From Ignavibacteriota bacterium (lineage in GTDB: Bacteria > Bacteroidota > Ignavibacteria > UBA10030), in contig OY969585.1 of assembly GCA_963701295.1 (NCBI GenBank), positions 2,848,001 through 2,912,000 of the forward strand: a DNA stretch of 64,000 nt, read 5' to 3'. Shown here piece after piece: positions 63,027-64,000 of the stretch. The notes beneath the pieces are model-generated. The model searched no databases. It saw only the letters and a program-made list of their open reading frames with translations, and was not told where the DNA came from. Every line of letters begins with the position of its first letter. The stretch's first letter is position 1. The translations under genes were made by a program, and so were the position numbers.

Positions 63027-63955
63027 TACGTCTTGCTTCCATCGATATCGGAACAAATACCATCCTGATGCTTGTCGCGGATGTTGAAAGAAACGGCGCT
63101 CTTTCTGTTGTGAGAGATGAACATTTTATTGCTCGGCTTGGCAAGGGTGTCGACGAACATGGTTTTATTCAAAAAGAAACTTTCCAACGTGTTCGAAGAA
63201 TTCTATCGCAGCTCAAAAGCATTGCAGACTCGAATGGAGTTCAATATCTCGCGGCATGCGGTACCAGTGCACTTCGCGACGCAGCAAATCGGCAGGAGTT
63301 CATCGATTTCATAAGAGAGAATCTATCGATCGACATAAAGATATTTTCCGGGAAGGAAGAAGCGGAATCAACGTATCTTGGAGCTGTATCAGAATATTTG
63401 GAGGACTCTCCTTCCAGAGAATTTGCCGTACTCGATATTGGAGGTGGAAGCACGGAGCTTGTTTCTGGAATCGGATCAAACGTCTCATCAGCTGTCAGCA
63501 TAGATATTGGCAGTGTCCGGCTCACCGAGAGAATTCTAAAAAATAATCCTCCCGATAATGCTGCTCTTGAGAATGCTGTGAAACTCGTTCAAAGCCATCT
63601 TCATCATATTTCACCTCTTCCATCTGCAATAACGCTGATCGGAGTAGCGGGCACACTCACAACATTAGCTGCACTTGACCTTCATCTGAAAACATTTGAT
63701 AAAACTTTGATCAATCGCTATGTACTCACGAAGGAAGCCATTGACCGAATCTTCCAAGAACTCAGACATCTCACACTGGAGCAGATCAGAAGCTATCCTC
63801 AGATTCACCCTTCCCGTGCCGATATTCTCCTTGCCGGAATTCTCATTTTGTCGGAGACCTTACAAAAAGTAAACCTATCTCAAATAACTGTGAGTGATCG
63901 CGGATTGCGCTATGGCATTGTGTTGCAAATGGCACACACGTTCATGAACGCTTGA
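63023..63955 (+). CDS. ppx: Ppx/GppA-family phosphatase
   Basis: ASIDIGTNT, RLGKG, TSALRDAAN, SGKEEA, DIGGGSTE, GSVRLTE, RADI, GLRYG. Confidence 0.9.
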   Translation: MIRLASIDIGTNTILMLVADVERNGALSVVRDEHFIARLGKGVDEHGFIQKETFQRVRRILSQLKSIADSNGVQYLAACGTSALRDAANRQEFIDFIRENLSIDIKIFSGKEEAESTYLGAVSEYLEDSPSREFAVLDIGGGSTELVSGIGSNVSSAVSIDIGSVRLTERILKNNPPDNAALENAVKLVQSHLHHISPLPSAITLIGVAGTLTTLAALDLHLKTFDKTLINRYVLTKEAIDRIFQELRHLTLEQIRSYPQIHPSRADILLAGILILSETLQKVNLSQITVSDRGLRYGIVLQMAHTFMNA

Positions 63956-64000
63956 CTCTCTTCCTTTCTGTACATAAAAAAACCGGCACAGATCATATAC

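Noticed and set aside
1-64000. CRISPR array, rRNA, prophage or integron integrase
   Set aside because: No regularly spaced direct repeats, rRNA-like sequence, phage genes or tyrosine recombinase motifs were seen.

Overview
Bacterial window, most likely from an Ignavibacteria-like FCB-group organism: it has T9SS 'NYPNPFN' C-terminal domains, PorV-like barrels, GGAGG Shine-Dalgarno sites and a TAnnTTTG-type promoter. Positions ~1.5-36.5 kb are one minus-strand beta-1,3-glucan (laminarin-type) utilisation locus with GH149 phosphorylase, GH17, an MFS sugar symporter, GH30, CBM9-/CBM6-like binding proteins, DUF362 and GH16. It has no recognisable SusC/SusD pair. Instead it has two copies of the triad [TonB-dependent receptor - large secreted protein with a variant 'VVPNPY' C-terminal sorting domain - PorV/UPF0164-family barrel], the best candidate for an undescribed uptake system. 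Upstream sits an SBP + atypical histidine kinase + NtrC-type regulator trio with a candidate enhancer and promoter. The GH16 gene is followed by an integron attC-like site interrupted by a small palindrome, next to a truncated tRNA-Arg(CCT). Positions 37-52 kb hold a nitrilase-family gene, an MFS gene, glgB, nadD and a surface-polysaccharide cluster hit by two nearly identical inverted IS1595-family elements. Positions 52-64 kb are housekeeping genes (corC-like, truA, mtaB, rpsA, ispH, cmk, dacB, prmA, ppx). Several genes, including truA, carry single-base indels, which suggests assembly error rather than true pseudogenes. All family calls come from motif recognition, not database searches.
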